46,165 nt of DNA, taken from contig JBBIRR010000033.1 of NCBI GenBank assembly GCA_037441705.1, positions 1 to 46,165 on the forward strand. Direction: 5' to 3'. The translations under genes and the position numbers were made by a program. Of the stretch, positions 38,093-46,165 are shown piece by piece; position 1 is the first letter of the stretch, and the number at the start of each line of letters is the position of its first letter. The notes beneath the pieces are model-generated. The model was not told the DNA's origin. It made no database searches and saw only the letters and a list, made by a program, of their open reading frames with translations. The stretch is from Ignavibacteriales bacterium (lineage in GTDB: Bacteria; Bacteroidota; Ignavibacteria; UBA10030; UBA6906).

Positions 38093-38125
38093 GATTCCTC
38101 CTCCGAACGATTTCCTTCGAAGAGT

Positions 38126-38875
38126 CTATGGTGCAAGAGCGACAGTGTCGGACGATCTCATCTTCAACACATTCCCAACAAGCACCGGCACGACGGGGAG
38201 TGTGTCGAGACCCGCGCAGGCTTTGAGATCAGCGCCGAACCCGATCGCTTTCAGGTACTTGCCGTGCTCGGTTCGGGCAAGCATCGCCTGCAGCGACCGC
38301 CGCTGACTCCTGTACAGGATGAGCGCAGCAGCGCCGGTGTCTCCGTAGGTCACACTCTGCCCCTTTGCGTCAATCAGTTTCTGCAGCAGCATGCCGGCGC
38401 AGACGGCATCTTCCATCGAGAAATCAGCCTCGCGTCCCGAGCACAGAATCGTCAAATCATCATCCGACGGCAGAAGCGCCGCGGCAACGGCGGAGATGTT
38501 GACGAACCCGCAGACCAGCATTTCTTTTGCGTAGCGCGCCTTCACAAACGCCTGCGAGCCGTTGGTGGACGTAAAGACGATGGATTTGCCTCTGACGCGC
38601 TCTTCCGTATATTCCAGCGGCGAGTTGCCGAGGTGGAACCCTTCGATCATTTTCCCATGACGCTCGCCCCCCAACAGCGTCACATCACCGTCCCGATTCC
38701 CGACGATCTTCATCGCCGCCTCGACGGTGGCAACCGGGATGATCTCTTTCGCGCCGTTGGAGAGTGCCGCGGCAATGGTTGTACTTGCCCGCAACACGTC
38801 AATCACCACCACCTTCTTTTCGCGTAACTCCATCTCATCAAGATGATGAGGGGTGAAAAAGACATCAACCCGCAT
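38126..38875 (-). CDS. comB: 2-phosphosulfolactate phosphatase family protein
   Basis: VVIDVLRASTTI, GGER.G....GFHLGNSP, TSTNG, EDAVCAG. Confidence 0.9.
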   Translation of the reverse strand: MRVDVFFTPHHLDEMELREKKVVVIDVLRASTTIAAALSNGAKEIIPVATVEAAMKIVGNRDGDVTLLGGERHGKMIEGFHLGNSPLEYTEERVRGKSIVFTSTNGSQAFVKARYAKEMLVCGFVNISAVAAALLPSDDDLTILCSGREADFSMEDAVCAGMLLQKLIDAKGQSVTYGDTGAAALILYRSQRRSLQAMLARTEHGKYLKAIGFGADLKACAGLDTLPVVPVLVGNVLKMRSSDTVALAP

Positions 38876-38916
38876 TGCTCTCCCCCATGTGCTTCTGCAC
38901 GCGTCGTCCTTCGCGG

Positions 38917-40011
38917 CTACTTCTTGATAAAAGGCACGGTCGTCACGGTCGCGGGAATTTCCTGCCCGCGAATGGCGACGGCCACTGGCGTCCCCGGCCT
39001 GGCGTAATCAACAGCAACATAGCCCATCCCGATTCCTTTGTCAAGAATGGGCGAGAAGGTTCCGGAGGTCACCTCGCCGATCTTCGTTCCGTTGGCATGA
39101 ATGGCATACCCGTGCCGCGCAAACGCTTTGCCCGAAAGCGTGAAGCCGACAAGTTTACGCTTCAATCCTTCTGCCTTTGCCTTCAGCAGTGCGGCTTTGC
39201 CGATGAAGTCGCCTTTGTCGAATTTCGTAATCCAACCAAGGCTCGCCTCTAACGTATGCGTGGTCTGGTCAATATCGTTGCCGTAGAGACAGAAACCCAT
39301 TTCAAGACGAAGGGTGTCGCGGGCACCGAGTCCTACGGGCGCGATGTTGAACTCCTTCCCCGCGTCCATGACGGCATTCCACACACGCGCGCCCGTCTGC
39401 TCGTCGGCAGGAAAATACAACTCGAAGCCCAACTCTCCGGTGTAGCCCGTGCGCGAGATCAGCATCTCGACGCCGGCAAGCGTTCCCTTGACAAAATGAT
39501 AGTATTCAATCCCCGCAAGATTGACCGTCGTGAGTTTCTGCAGCACCGCGCGGGAATTCGGTCCCTGAACAGCGAGCAGCGAGATTTCGTCGCTGCGGTT
39601 TTCCATCTGAACGTCGCCCGCGAGATTCTGCGTCAGCCAAGCGACGTCCTTTGCAATGTTCGCTGCATTGATGACCAGCATGTACCGATCTTTTCCGAGG
39701 CAATACACCAGCAGGTCATCAACAATCCCGCCGTTCTCGTAACACATGGCCGAGTATTGGACGCGACCGGGAGTGAGCTTTGACGCGTCGTTGACGGTCA
39801 CCTTCTGGACGAAGGCCAATGCATCGGGGCCGTGCACCTCCACCTCCCCCATGTGGGAGACGTCGAACACGCCGACGCTGGTGCGCACGCGCTTGTGCTC
39901 TTCCACGATGCCGGTAGGATAGTGAATGGGCATTTCGAATCCGGCAAACTCCACCATGCGGGCACCCAGGGCCTTGTGAATTGTGTAGAATGCCGTCCGC
40001 TTCAGACTCAT
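38917..40011 (-). CDS. gcvT: glycine cleavage system aminomethyltransferase T
   Basis: FDVSHMGE, RTGYTGELGFE, GLGARDTLRLEMG. Confidence 0.97.
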   Translation of the reverse strand: MSLKRTAFYTIHKALGARMVEFAGFEMPIHYPTGIVEEHKRVRTSVGVFDVSHMGEVEVHGPDALAFVQKVTVNDASKLTPGRVQYSAMCYENGGIVDDLLVYCLGKDRYMLVINAANIAKDVAWLTQNLAGDVQMENRSDEISLLAVQGPNSRAVLQKLTTVNLAGIEYYHFVKGTLAGVEMLISRTGYTGELGFELYFPADEQTGARVWNAVMDAGKEFNIAPVGLGARDTLRLEMGFCLYGNDIDQTTHTLEASLGWITKFDKGDFIGKAALLKAKAEGLKRKLVGFTLSGKAFARHGYAIHANGTKIGEVTSGTFSPILDKGIGMGYVAVDYARPGTPVAVAIRGQEIPATVTTVPFIKK

Positions 40012-40021
40012 GAAGTGCCCC

Positions 40022-41635
40022 CTACTTGTATTGGTCGGTGATGTCCTTCCCCTGCTTCACCGAGATGAAGTGGAAATCGCCGGGCGGAATCGTCGGATCG
40101 GTTTCTAACTTCAGGTGAACACGGAACTTGAACATCAGTTTGGTGAGCCTGCTGATGCGTCCTTCACGAAGCATCGAGGCGATGGAAGGATTGACACGCA
40201 GCACCAGACGGAACTCTTTTGCCTCGGCCTTGAAGCGTCTGATCCATCGCTCGAGCTGATTGATCGTCGTGGTACGCGATTGAACGACGCCGGTGCCGCC
40301 GCACGCCGGGCATGCTTCGGTAAAGCTATGGAGAATACTCTGGCGAATGCGCTGCCGGGTGATCTGCACGAGGCCAAATTCCGTCATCGGCAGAACGGTC
40401 ACTTTTGCGCGATCCTTGCGGAATTCCTTCTTCAACTCCTCGAATACTTTGCGTTTATTCTTTTCGTCCTCGAGGTCGATGAAGTCGCACACGATAATGC
40501 CGCCGATGTCCCGCAAGCGGAGCTGACGCGCAATTTCTCGCGCGGCCTCCAGGTCTGTGCGAAGCGAGTTGAGTTCCTGCTCCTTCTTGGCGGCGTAGCG
40601 ACCGCTGTTCACGTCAATCACCACCATCGCCTCTGTCTGGTCAATGATGATGTAGCCGCCGCTCTTGAGCCACACCTTGCGGCTCAGCGTCGTCTCGATC
40701 TCCTTTTCCACGCCGTACGTGTCGAAGATCGGCTGGCGATCCTTATGCAGTTCGATCTTGTCCAGCATCTCCGGCGAATTGTACTTGATGTAGGAGCAAA
40801 TCTCCTTGTACAACTTCTTCGAATCAATCACGACGCGGGAGACATCATTCGAGAACAGGTCGCGGATAACGCCGGAGGTTGTTGCAAGATCTTTGTACAA
40901 CAAGGCGGGGGCTGTTTCTGTCTTCACCTGCGCTTCGATCTGTCGCCACTTGGCGATGAGGTCCTCGAGGTCCTTCTTCAGCGCTTCATCATCCTGCCCC
41001 TCGGCAACCGTCCGAATGATGACGCCGAAGCCTTCGGGCAAGATGCTCTGGGCAATCTTGCGCAGCCTGCGCTTTTCCTTGTAGTTGGAGATTTTTTTGG
41101 AGATGCCGACTTTCCCGTCGAACGGAAGGAGAACCAGGAACCGACCCGCGAGCGAAACCTCGGACGTCACGCGGACGCCTTTTTTGCCCACCGGCTCTTT
41201 GGTCACCTGGACAATGATGTCCTGCCCTTTGACAAGATTAATTTCTCTGCGCGGCGGGCGACCGTTTTCGCGGGTACGTCGGGCCGGTGTGTGCATCGGC
41301 GCGCCCTGCGGTGCGCCTTCCGCTGCGGCCTCCACAGCCTCCGGCACGGCCGCCTTCTCGTCCTCCGTTTCATCCTCATCGCCAATCATCGACGAGTATT
41401 CTTCAAAGCGATTGCCGATGTCGGAGAAATGGAGAAACCCGTCTTGCTGCAACCCGATGTCGATGAATGCTGCCTTGATGCCGGGCATCACCTTGGCCAC
41501 TTTGCCCAGGTAGATGTCACCGACCATCTTTTCTTTGTTTGCCGTTTCGACAAACAACTCGGCCAAACGGCCGTCTTCAGTAATGGCTATGCGGGTCTCG
41601 TTTTCGCCCGCATTGATCAAGATTTCCTTTTTCAT
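40022..41635 (-). CDS. rng: Rne/Rng family ribonuclease (RNase G-sized)
   Basis: S1 domain VGDIYLGKV, IDVNSG, RLRDIGGIIVCDFID, Zn-link CPACGGTG. Confidence 0.95.
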   Translation of the reverse strand: MKKEILINAGENETRIAITEDGRLAELFVETANKEKMVGDIYLGKVAKVMPGIKAAFIDIGLQQDGFLHFSDIGNRFEEYSSMIGDEDETEDEKAAVPEAVEAAAEGAPQGAPMHTPARRTRENGRPPRREINLVKGQDIIVQVTKEPVGKKGVRVTSEVSLAGRFLVLLPFDGKVGISKKISNYKEKRRLRKIAQSILPEGFGVIIRTVAEGQDDEALKKDLEDLIAKWRQIEAQVKTETAPALLYKDLATTSGVIRDLFSNDVSRVVIDSKKLYKEICSYIKYNSPEMLDKIELHKDRQPIFDTYGVEKEIETTLSRKVWLKSGGYIIIDQTEAMVVIDVNSGRYAAKKEQELNSLRTDLEAAREIARQLRLRDIGGIIVCDFIDLEDEKNKRKVFEELKKEFRKDRAKVTVLPMTEFGLVQITRQRIRQSILHSFTEACPACGGTGVVQSRTTTINQLERWIRRFKAEAKEFRLVLRVNPSIASMLREGRISRLTKLMFKFRVHLKLETDPTIPPGDFHFISVKQGKDITDQYK

Positions 41636-41856
41636 ATGTAACTGCTCGTTCCGAGAACTCTACAGAATGCTTTTGACTGTGCGCACGAAGGAACGGAACG
41701 ACGCAGGCAAACTCTTGCGGCGCTGGTAAGCAAGAGGAAACATTCGTTATGAACACATACACCTCCATCGTTAACCGTCATGTGCTCGAAGGGTGGCTGA
41801 TAGCCATCCATCCTCGTGTTGCGGTTCTTCAATCAAATCATGAATTACGCGTGGAT

Positions 41857-41885
41857 AACTTACGAAAAAACAAAACGCTATGCAA
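41857..41885 (-). promoter_or_regulatory. putative rne/rng promoter giving a leader of about 215 nt
   Basis: Minus strand TTGCAT-N17-TAAGTT. Confidence 0.55.
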
Positions 41886-41927
41886 ACAAGCAGGAGACGC
41901 TCAGACGTGAGGGGCTGGAAAGAAAAA

Positions 41928-42027
41928 GAGGTCAAGCTTCCCTGCGTCACACTTTCGGTAACCGACCGTTGCTTCCTTCCGGACCTGGCGGGGTTGGGCT
42001 ACGTACGGTTGCGCAGGACTTGACCTC
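41928..42027 (-). ncRNA. ffs: signal recognition particle RNA (small bacterial 4.5S type)
   Basis: 100-nt hairpin closed by GAGGTCAAG/CTTGACCTC with domain IV CAGGTCCGGAAGGAAGCAAC. Confidence 0.93.
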
Positions 42028-42057
42028 AGAAACGCTTGCTGGATCGTAGATTCGTTG

Positions 42058-42130
42058 TGGAGCTGATCGGGATCGAACCGACGACCTCCTCGTTGCGAAC
42101 GAGGCGCTCTCCCAGCTGAGCTACAGCCCC
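42058..42130 (-). tRNA. tRNA-Ala(CGC), CCA not encoded
   Basis: GGGGCTGTAGCTCAGCTGGGAGAGCG CCTCG-TTCGCAA-CGAGG ...GGTTCGATCCC...CAGCTCCA; G3:U70 pair. Confidence 0.97.
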
Positions 42131-42150
42131 AGGATTTCTTGTGCGGTTCT

Positions 42151-42179
42151 AAGATACAAAACATCGCCCCACTCTGCAA
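42151..42179 (-). promoter_or_regulatory. putative promoter of the tRNA-Ala/ffs transcript
   Basis: Minus strand TTGCAG-N17-TATCTT, 20 nt before the tRNA. Confidence 0.65.
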
Positions 42180-42237
42180 GCTCCCAGCCCGCGTCGGCTA
42201 AAGCCCCATTGTGAAGCATCCAAAAACGCGAACGAAC

Positions 42238-42272
42238 TTGAACCTTGAACCCTGAACCACAAACCTCGAACC
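42238..42272. repeat. degenerate heptamer tandem repeat (5 units)
   Basis: TTGAACC TTGAACC CTGAACC ACAAACC TCGAACC. Confidence 0.75.
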
Positions 42273-42383
42273 GACCCGCGCCTCACGCCGCCCGCTCTTC
42301 CGACACGGCACAAGGTTGCGCACAGAAGCCGTGATGTCCGGTCGATGCGTAGCACGAATTTCCAATTCGTGACCAGAACAAAA

Positions 42384-42408
42384 CGCCGGACAGGAGTCCG
42401 GCGCTGCA
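42384..42408 (-). repeat. REP-like palindrome or terminator hairpin
   Basis: Minus strand TGCAG-CGCCGGA-CTCCTG-TCCGGCG-TTTTG: 7-bp GC stem followed by a T-run. Confidence 0.5.
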
Positions 42409-42418
42409 CATGCCCTGG

Positions 42419-42459
42419 GGCGTCACGGCTCAAGAGTTTGCATCATGTGCCGTGACGCC
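42419..42459. other. 11-bp inverted repeat just downstream of the T9SS cargo gene
   Basis: GGCGTCACGGC ... GCCGTGACGCC. Confidence 0.55.
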
Positions 42460-42476
42460 GTGGATGGGCAAGAGCG

Positions 42477-45400
42477 CTACTTCGCTAACACAAGCTTCAT
42501 CAGCTTTGCAAGCTTTACACTTCCGTTCCCATCCATCGCTGTAAAGCGCGCGAGATACACGCCACTGGCAACGCCCGCCGCGTTCCATTCCACAGACTTG
42601 AATCCAGCATCCTGCATCCCGTTCACAAGCTCCACCACCTCCCGACCCAACACATCATACACGACCAACGAAACGTGCGAGGCTTCCGGCAGGTCGTACC
42701 TGATGCTTGTTGCGGGGTTGAAGGGGTTGGGATAGTTGGGATGGACGGCAAACGAATGCGGAAGGGCTGCACTCCCGCCTGACGGTTCGCGTAGCTGGGC
42801 GGGATGTGCTGCAAGCGAACGCTGTTGGCTTAGAGAGTCTGTAAGGAGCGTATGGATATGCACAACGGTTGCGGCAAGTTTACGTGTGCGTGCAAGCAAT
42901 CCACGTACGGCAGCACGAACCACAACACGCCTGCCTGAGACATCTGTGATTGTTTCCCGACGCTCGAGGTTCCCTCTACCTGAGGTACGGAAAACTCGTT
43001 CGGTGCCGATCTTCTTGAGCATGGTCCCCCGTTCCGCGTCAACCACCTCAAACCCCAATCCGACTTCGTCTCCGCTCAGGTTCAGCGGAGTGACTGCCTC
43101 GGTTGCACACTGCACCACAATGCTATCAGCATCTGCCCCTACGGTCACGGGCACTGTGGAGAGCGTTCGCCAGACAGATCGTTCGTCGTAGACAGAGTCC
43201 GCTGCTGGTGCCAGCTCCACCGGCACGACCGACCCATCTCTCATCTTTATGGCAATCGAAAGCATCTCGACCGAGATGAACGACGAAGAGTCCGAGCCAC
43301 TTGGTGCAAGAGGTAATTCTGCTACAGAAGATCGCCGCAAGCCTCTGACGGTGCGACGCGGCATGTTGGCCACCACCACCTGGCGTGTGTACTGTTCCGG
43401 CAGGACTGACATCCGCGGCGTTTGCAGCGCTCTACTTGACTGCTCTCCCACGTTCAGTCGGTACGGGGGTCCATTCAGACTCGTTGACACAAACCGCGTC
43501 GAACTTGCGGGTCCCTGCGAACTGCCGATGGCAAGGTTCGGTCGCACGGTGCCGTCGTACACTCGTGTCAGCACCCACCCGCTACCCTCGTTCACGGCTT
43601 CATAGGAGCTTGCCCCATCATCCCACGCCCACACAATGGTGCCGTTGCTGAGATTGGTGACTGTCGGGCGGTAGAAATGAACCGAGCCATACATACTGCG
43701 GAAGACGTGGGCAGAACTCCATGACCCATTGTACTGTTGGTACATCACATAGCGTTGAGCCGGTGCGGCATCACCGCGCCAGGTACCTCCACGGTTCGTG
43801 GCGTGTTCGTCTCCGTAAGCTTCCCACACCACGTGCACCTGTCCCGCGCCGTTATCTGCCGACACCTGCGATGCATACGAGGTTGGAGCCAGACTGGCGG
43901 GAACGACCTGCGCGTCGGTGTAGAGACCGAGCAGAACATAGATGTGCTTGTTGTCGTCGAAGGTAAGACATCCCTCATCTTCCGCAAGTCTGAGGTTGGG
44001 CACGGAAACGCTCGGATTGCGGTAGTCGCCGACGATACCCTCGCCTTCACCCGCCCAGAATAAGTCACCCCCGGAGACACTTGCTCTGTTCGCTCGCAAG
44101 CCATTGAAGCCCTGCCACAGGACGAACAGCTCATCACCGAATGTTGGTGAGTAGGTTCGTATGAGCACCGGTCGCACATCAATCGTGAGGGGAAGAGGCA
44201 CGGCGGGGTTGTTGAGCTGCACGGTTGTTGCAAACGGGTTGTCTGCGTCGCAGAACATGATTGCCCATTGATCTCCCACCTGGCGGCGATACACGGTGTA
44301 GATCTTCCAGGTACGATCCAGCACCAGTGCCACCGAGGGTGCGCCAGCCAGTCCACCGGTGTTGCTGATCTGTTGGTCAGCACCCCAGTTAAGGCCGCCA
44401 TCTGATGAGACGGTAAGGAAAAGCTCACCCGCACTCGGATAAACCATGTGGTACCAGTCCTCTGCAGCTACAGCAACAAGCCGCTGGCTGTTGCTTGCCG
44501 TTGCAGTGGCAAGCGAGGAAGCAAGATGCGCTTTGTACTGCGCCACCGCGGTGGCATTGGACACTTTGAACACCACGGCTGTGGTATCCTTTGTCGGTGT
44601 GCGGTAGGTGACTTCGTTAGAGTTACCAACCCACGTCAGGAAGTACGCCGTGAAGTTGCCGAGTTGCTGCACGCTCGGCGCTCCGACGGAGTAGTAGGGG
44701 TTACCTGGTATGTTGTAGTCTTGGTTCAAGAACACGCCGCGGTATTCGGACGTTGTGGAGATTGTCCAAGGGGAGTCGTGTGATCTATATTCTGCCGACA
44801 TACCCCGGCTGTAGTACTCGCCTCCGAAGCCAGGCGTGTCCTCCAGCCAAGGGTCTTTGAACTTCACCCGAAGGATCACAGCAGGTGCATCTACTAGATG
44901 GCTATGTATGGTTGCATTGTAAATGCTTCGGTGATGAAACGTTAACTCATTTCTCTCTGGCGAGGGGTAAATTGGATATCCATCGTAATTCAAGTAGGTA
45001 ACGTCGTTTCGGTTAGTCAGTCCTCTGTGGAATTTCTCTCCAAGCTCCTCAGTATTTGGCTTTACCTTGATGACATCACCAGTGCTCATGACATGTCTGC
45101 GATCCCCCGTCATAGAGGGATAATTCCAGTGCCAACGATAGCCCGACCACAGGCCGATGCTGTCTGCCTCGTACCCATCGAGAAGCGTTCCGTTCTCTCG
45201 TCGCGCCCAGAGTACCGCCTCCTCAGGGTCACCCCATTTCCCGATGCGAACTACCGGAGATACTACATGCTCGTTGCCAGGAAGCACAATGTCTACATAA
45301 AACTCATAGAACACGTTACCGTGATGATCGATTTGAGTATGCCAGCCGGTGACACATGTGTCACATCCGCCGAAGCCAGAACGCTGGATATCAAAGGCAA

Positions 45401-45620
45401 ACTCTCCTTGGCCGTCGAGCCGCTTCCACCAAGCGTAGTAGTTATTAGGGCTGGGTGGTTGAACGACGCCATCTTCATACAGTTCTGCGTGGAACGTGGC
45501 TAACCACTCGTTATGATTCTTCCAATAGATATCCTCAATCACGATCTGCGAGGTGAAGACCTGTGCGCTTGCATAATGGCAAAACAAGGCGCACGCGAGA
45601 AGTGACAATATTGCTTTCAT
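42477..45620 (-). CDS. large secreted protein with T9SS type A sorting domain and BNR/beta-propeller-like middle
   Basis: GGAGGT Shine-Dalgarno; signal peptide (ASA-Q); SSDGGLNW Asp-box; C-terminal PNYPNPFNPATSI...SGVYLARF...KLVLAK. Confidence 0.85.
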   Translation of the reverse strand: MKAILSLLACALFCHYASAQVFTSQIVIEDIYWKNHNEWLATFHAELYEDGVVQPPSPNNYYAWWKRLDGQGEFAFDIQRSGFGGCDTCVTGWHTQIDHHGNVFYEFYVDIVLPGNEHVVSPVVRIGKWGDPEEAVLWARRENGTLLDGYEADSIGLWSGYRWHWNYPSMTGDRRHVMSTGDVIKVKPNTEELGEKFHRGLTNRNDVTYLNYDGYPIYPSPERNELTFHHRSIYNATIHSHLVDAPAVILRVKFKDPWLEDTPGFGGEYYSRGMSAEYRSHDSPWTISTTSEYRGVFLNQDYNIPGNPYYSVGAPSVQQLGNFTAYFLTWVGNSNEVTYRTPTKDTTAVVFKVSNATAVAQYKAHLASSLATATASNSQRLVAVAAEDWYHMVYPSAGELFLTVSSDGGLNWGADQQISNTGGLAGAPSVALVLDRTWKIYTVYRRQVGDQWAIMFCDADNPFATTVQLNNPAVPLPLTIDVRPVLIRTYSPTFGDELFVLWQGFNGLRANRASVSGGDLFWAGEGEGIVGDYRNPSVSVPNLRLAEDEGCLTFDDNKHIYVLLGLYTDAQVVPASLAPTSYASQVSADNGAGQVHVVWEAYGDEHATNRGGTWRGDAAPAQRYVMYQQYNGSWSSAHVFRSMYGSVHFYRPTVTNLSNGTIVWAWDDGASSYEAVNEGSGWVLTRVYDGTVRPNLAIGSSQGPASSTRFVSTSLNGPPYRLNVGEQSSRALQTPRMSVLPEQYTRQVVVANMPRRTVRGLRRSSVAELPLAPSGSDSSSFISVEMLSIAIKMRDGSVVPVELAPAADSVYDERSVWRTLSTVPVTVGADADSIVVQCATEAVTPLNLSGDEVGLGFEVVDAERGTMLKKIGTERVFRTSGRGNLERRETITDVSGRRVVVRAAVRGLLARTRKLAATVVHIHTLLTDSLSQQRSLAAHPAQLREPSGGSAALPHSFAVHPNYPNPFNPATSIRYDLPEASHVSLVVYDVLGREVVELVNGMQDAGFKSVEWNAAGVASGVYLARFTAMDGNGSVKLAKLMKLVLAK

Positions 45621-45647
45621 TGCGGACCTCCCTTTTTCATTTTGGAT

Positions 45648-46165
45648 CTATTGACTGCGACGTCCGATGATCACTGCTGCCCTGCCCGCAAATATACCTC
45701 CGGTAAATCCAACGGCAACCATCAGATGTTGTGATACTGCTGCCCTCTCAAAGTTGAGATCAACGGGGATCTCCGAGTACTGATGCCAGTTGATACCACC
45801 AAAATGGGCCACGGTACCTCGCCACGCGACTACGAACAGGTTGTTCTCGCTTGTTCCGCGCACAGCTATGAGGAATTGGGTTGCTGGTGCACCGGACATT
45901 TCTCGCCAGCCAGAACCTGTGTTCCGCCAAATGCCCGGCCCGCTCACATAGCTTGCAAACCTGCTGTGCAAATGCACGCCGCGAAGACGCTGTGTACGTG
46001 CCCAGCCAAGCGTGTCTCGCACACCGGCTGTGCACAGCGTGAAAAGCTTCGTTTCGGAGGGAGAAGAGGCCACTGCAAGAATCGTCGGCATGCTGCGAGT
46101 ACCATCAACGTAACCCTCAAGGTCCTGGAAATCTGCACTCGTCCCGCTCTCGATCCGCCGCCACG
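45648..46165 (-). CDS. hypothetical beta-propeller-like protein (5' part outside the window)
   Basis: The frame is open past the ORF-track start to the window edge (WRRIESGTSADFQDLEG...); VRGTSENNLFVV..RGTVAHFGGINW blade-like repeat. Confidence 0.7.
   Translation of the reverse strand, partial: WRRIESGTSADFQDLEGYVDGTRSMPTILAVASSPSETKLFTLCTAGVRDTLGWARTQRLRGVHLHSRFASYVSGPGIWRNTGSGWREMSGAPATQFLIAVRGTSENNLFVVAWRGTVAHFGGINWHQYSEIPVDLNFERAAVSQHLMVAVGFTGGIFAGRAAVIIGRRSQ

Noticed and set aside
37229-38827. 532-aa plus-strand ORF (also 33974-35443, 35936-37222, 15972-17225 and 12336-13661)
   Set aside because: All lie antisense to well-supported genes and are explained by codon bias; no independent evidence of coding
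40115-41641. 508-aa plus-strand ORF antisense to rne/rng
   Set aside because: Shadow frame of a GC-rich gene; no motifs and unnatural composition
41901-42433. Small ORFs over the tRNA/ffs region
   Set aside because: They overlap structural RNAs and repeats and have no coding signature
42058-46165. tRNA-integrated island or prophage
   Set aside because: The accessory-looking genes are on the 5' side of the tRNA, and no integrase or duplicated tRNA 3' end is visible

Overview
A mostly core chromosomal segment, roughly 55-60% GC by eye, from an FCB-group bacterium, most consistent with Ignavibacteriota or a relative (inference). The basis is T9SS-type C-terminal sorting domains, Gln after many signal peptides, a BrxA/B bacilliredoxin, a mitochondrial-type aconitase and sigma70-like TTGCnn-N17-TAnnTT promoters. 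From left to right it contains: partial nadE; a glycan cluster (three GT4 enzymes, a deacetylase-like protein, a flippase); a lipoprotein, an MFS transporter, polA and a large T9SS cargo protein; brxA/B and aconitase divergent from clpS, two small orphan ORFs, alaS, gmhA and wcaJ; a TPR / outer-membrane barrel / HU / HU-TM-SPOR operon; DUF92, holA, a cyclophilin, an OMP, a flippase-like protein, lolA, ftsK, comB, gcvT and rne/rng; SRP RNA and tRNA-Ala(CGC); then a second T9SS cargo gene with a truncated upstream partner. I saw no CRISPR array, transposase, integrase or prophage. The best leads are (1) a four-gene trans-envelope module with a split HU pair, made of an acidic HU lacking the intercalating proline and a membrane-anchored HU-SPOR fusion; (2) an aconitase with a 61-aa histone-H1-like tail; and (3) a ~370-bp low-GC in-frame cassette inside alaS, plus two low-GC orphan ORFs just upstream. 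All product calls come from motif recognition only; no database searches were run.
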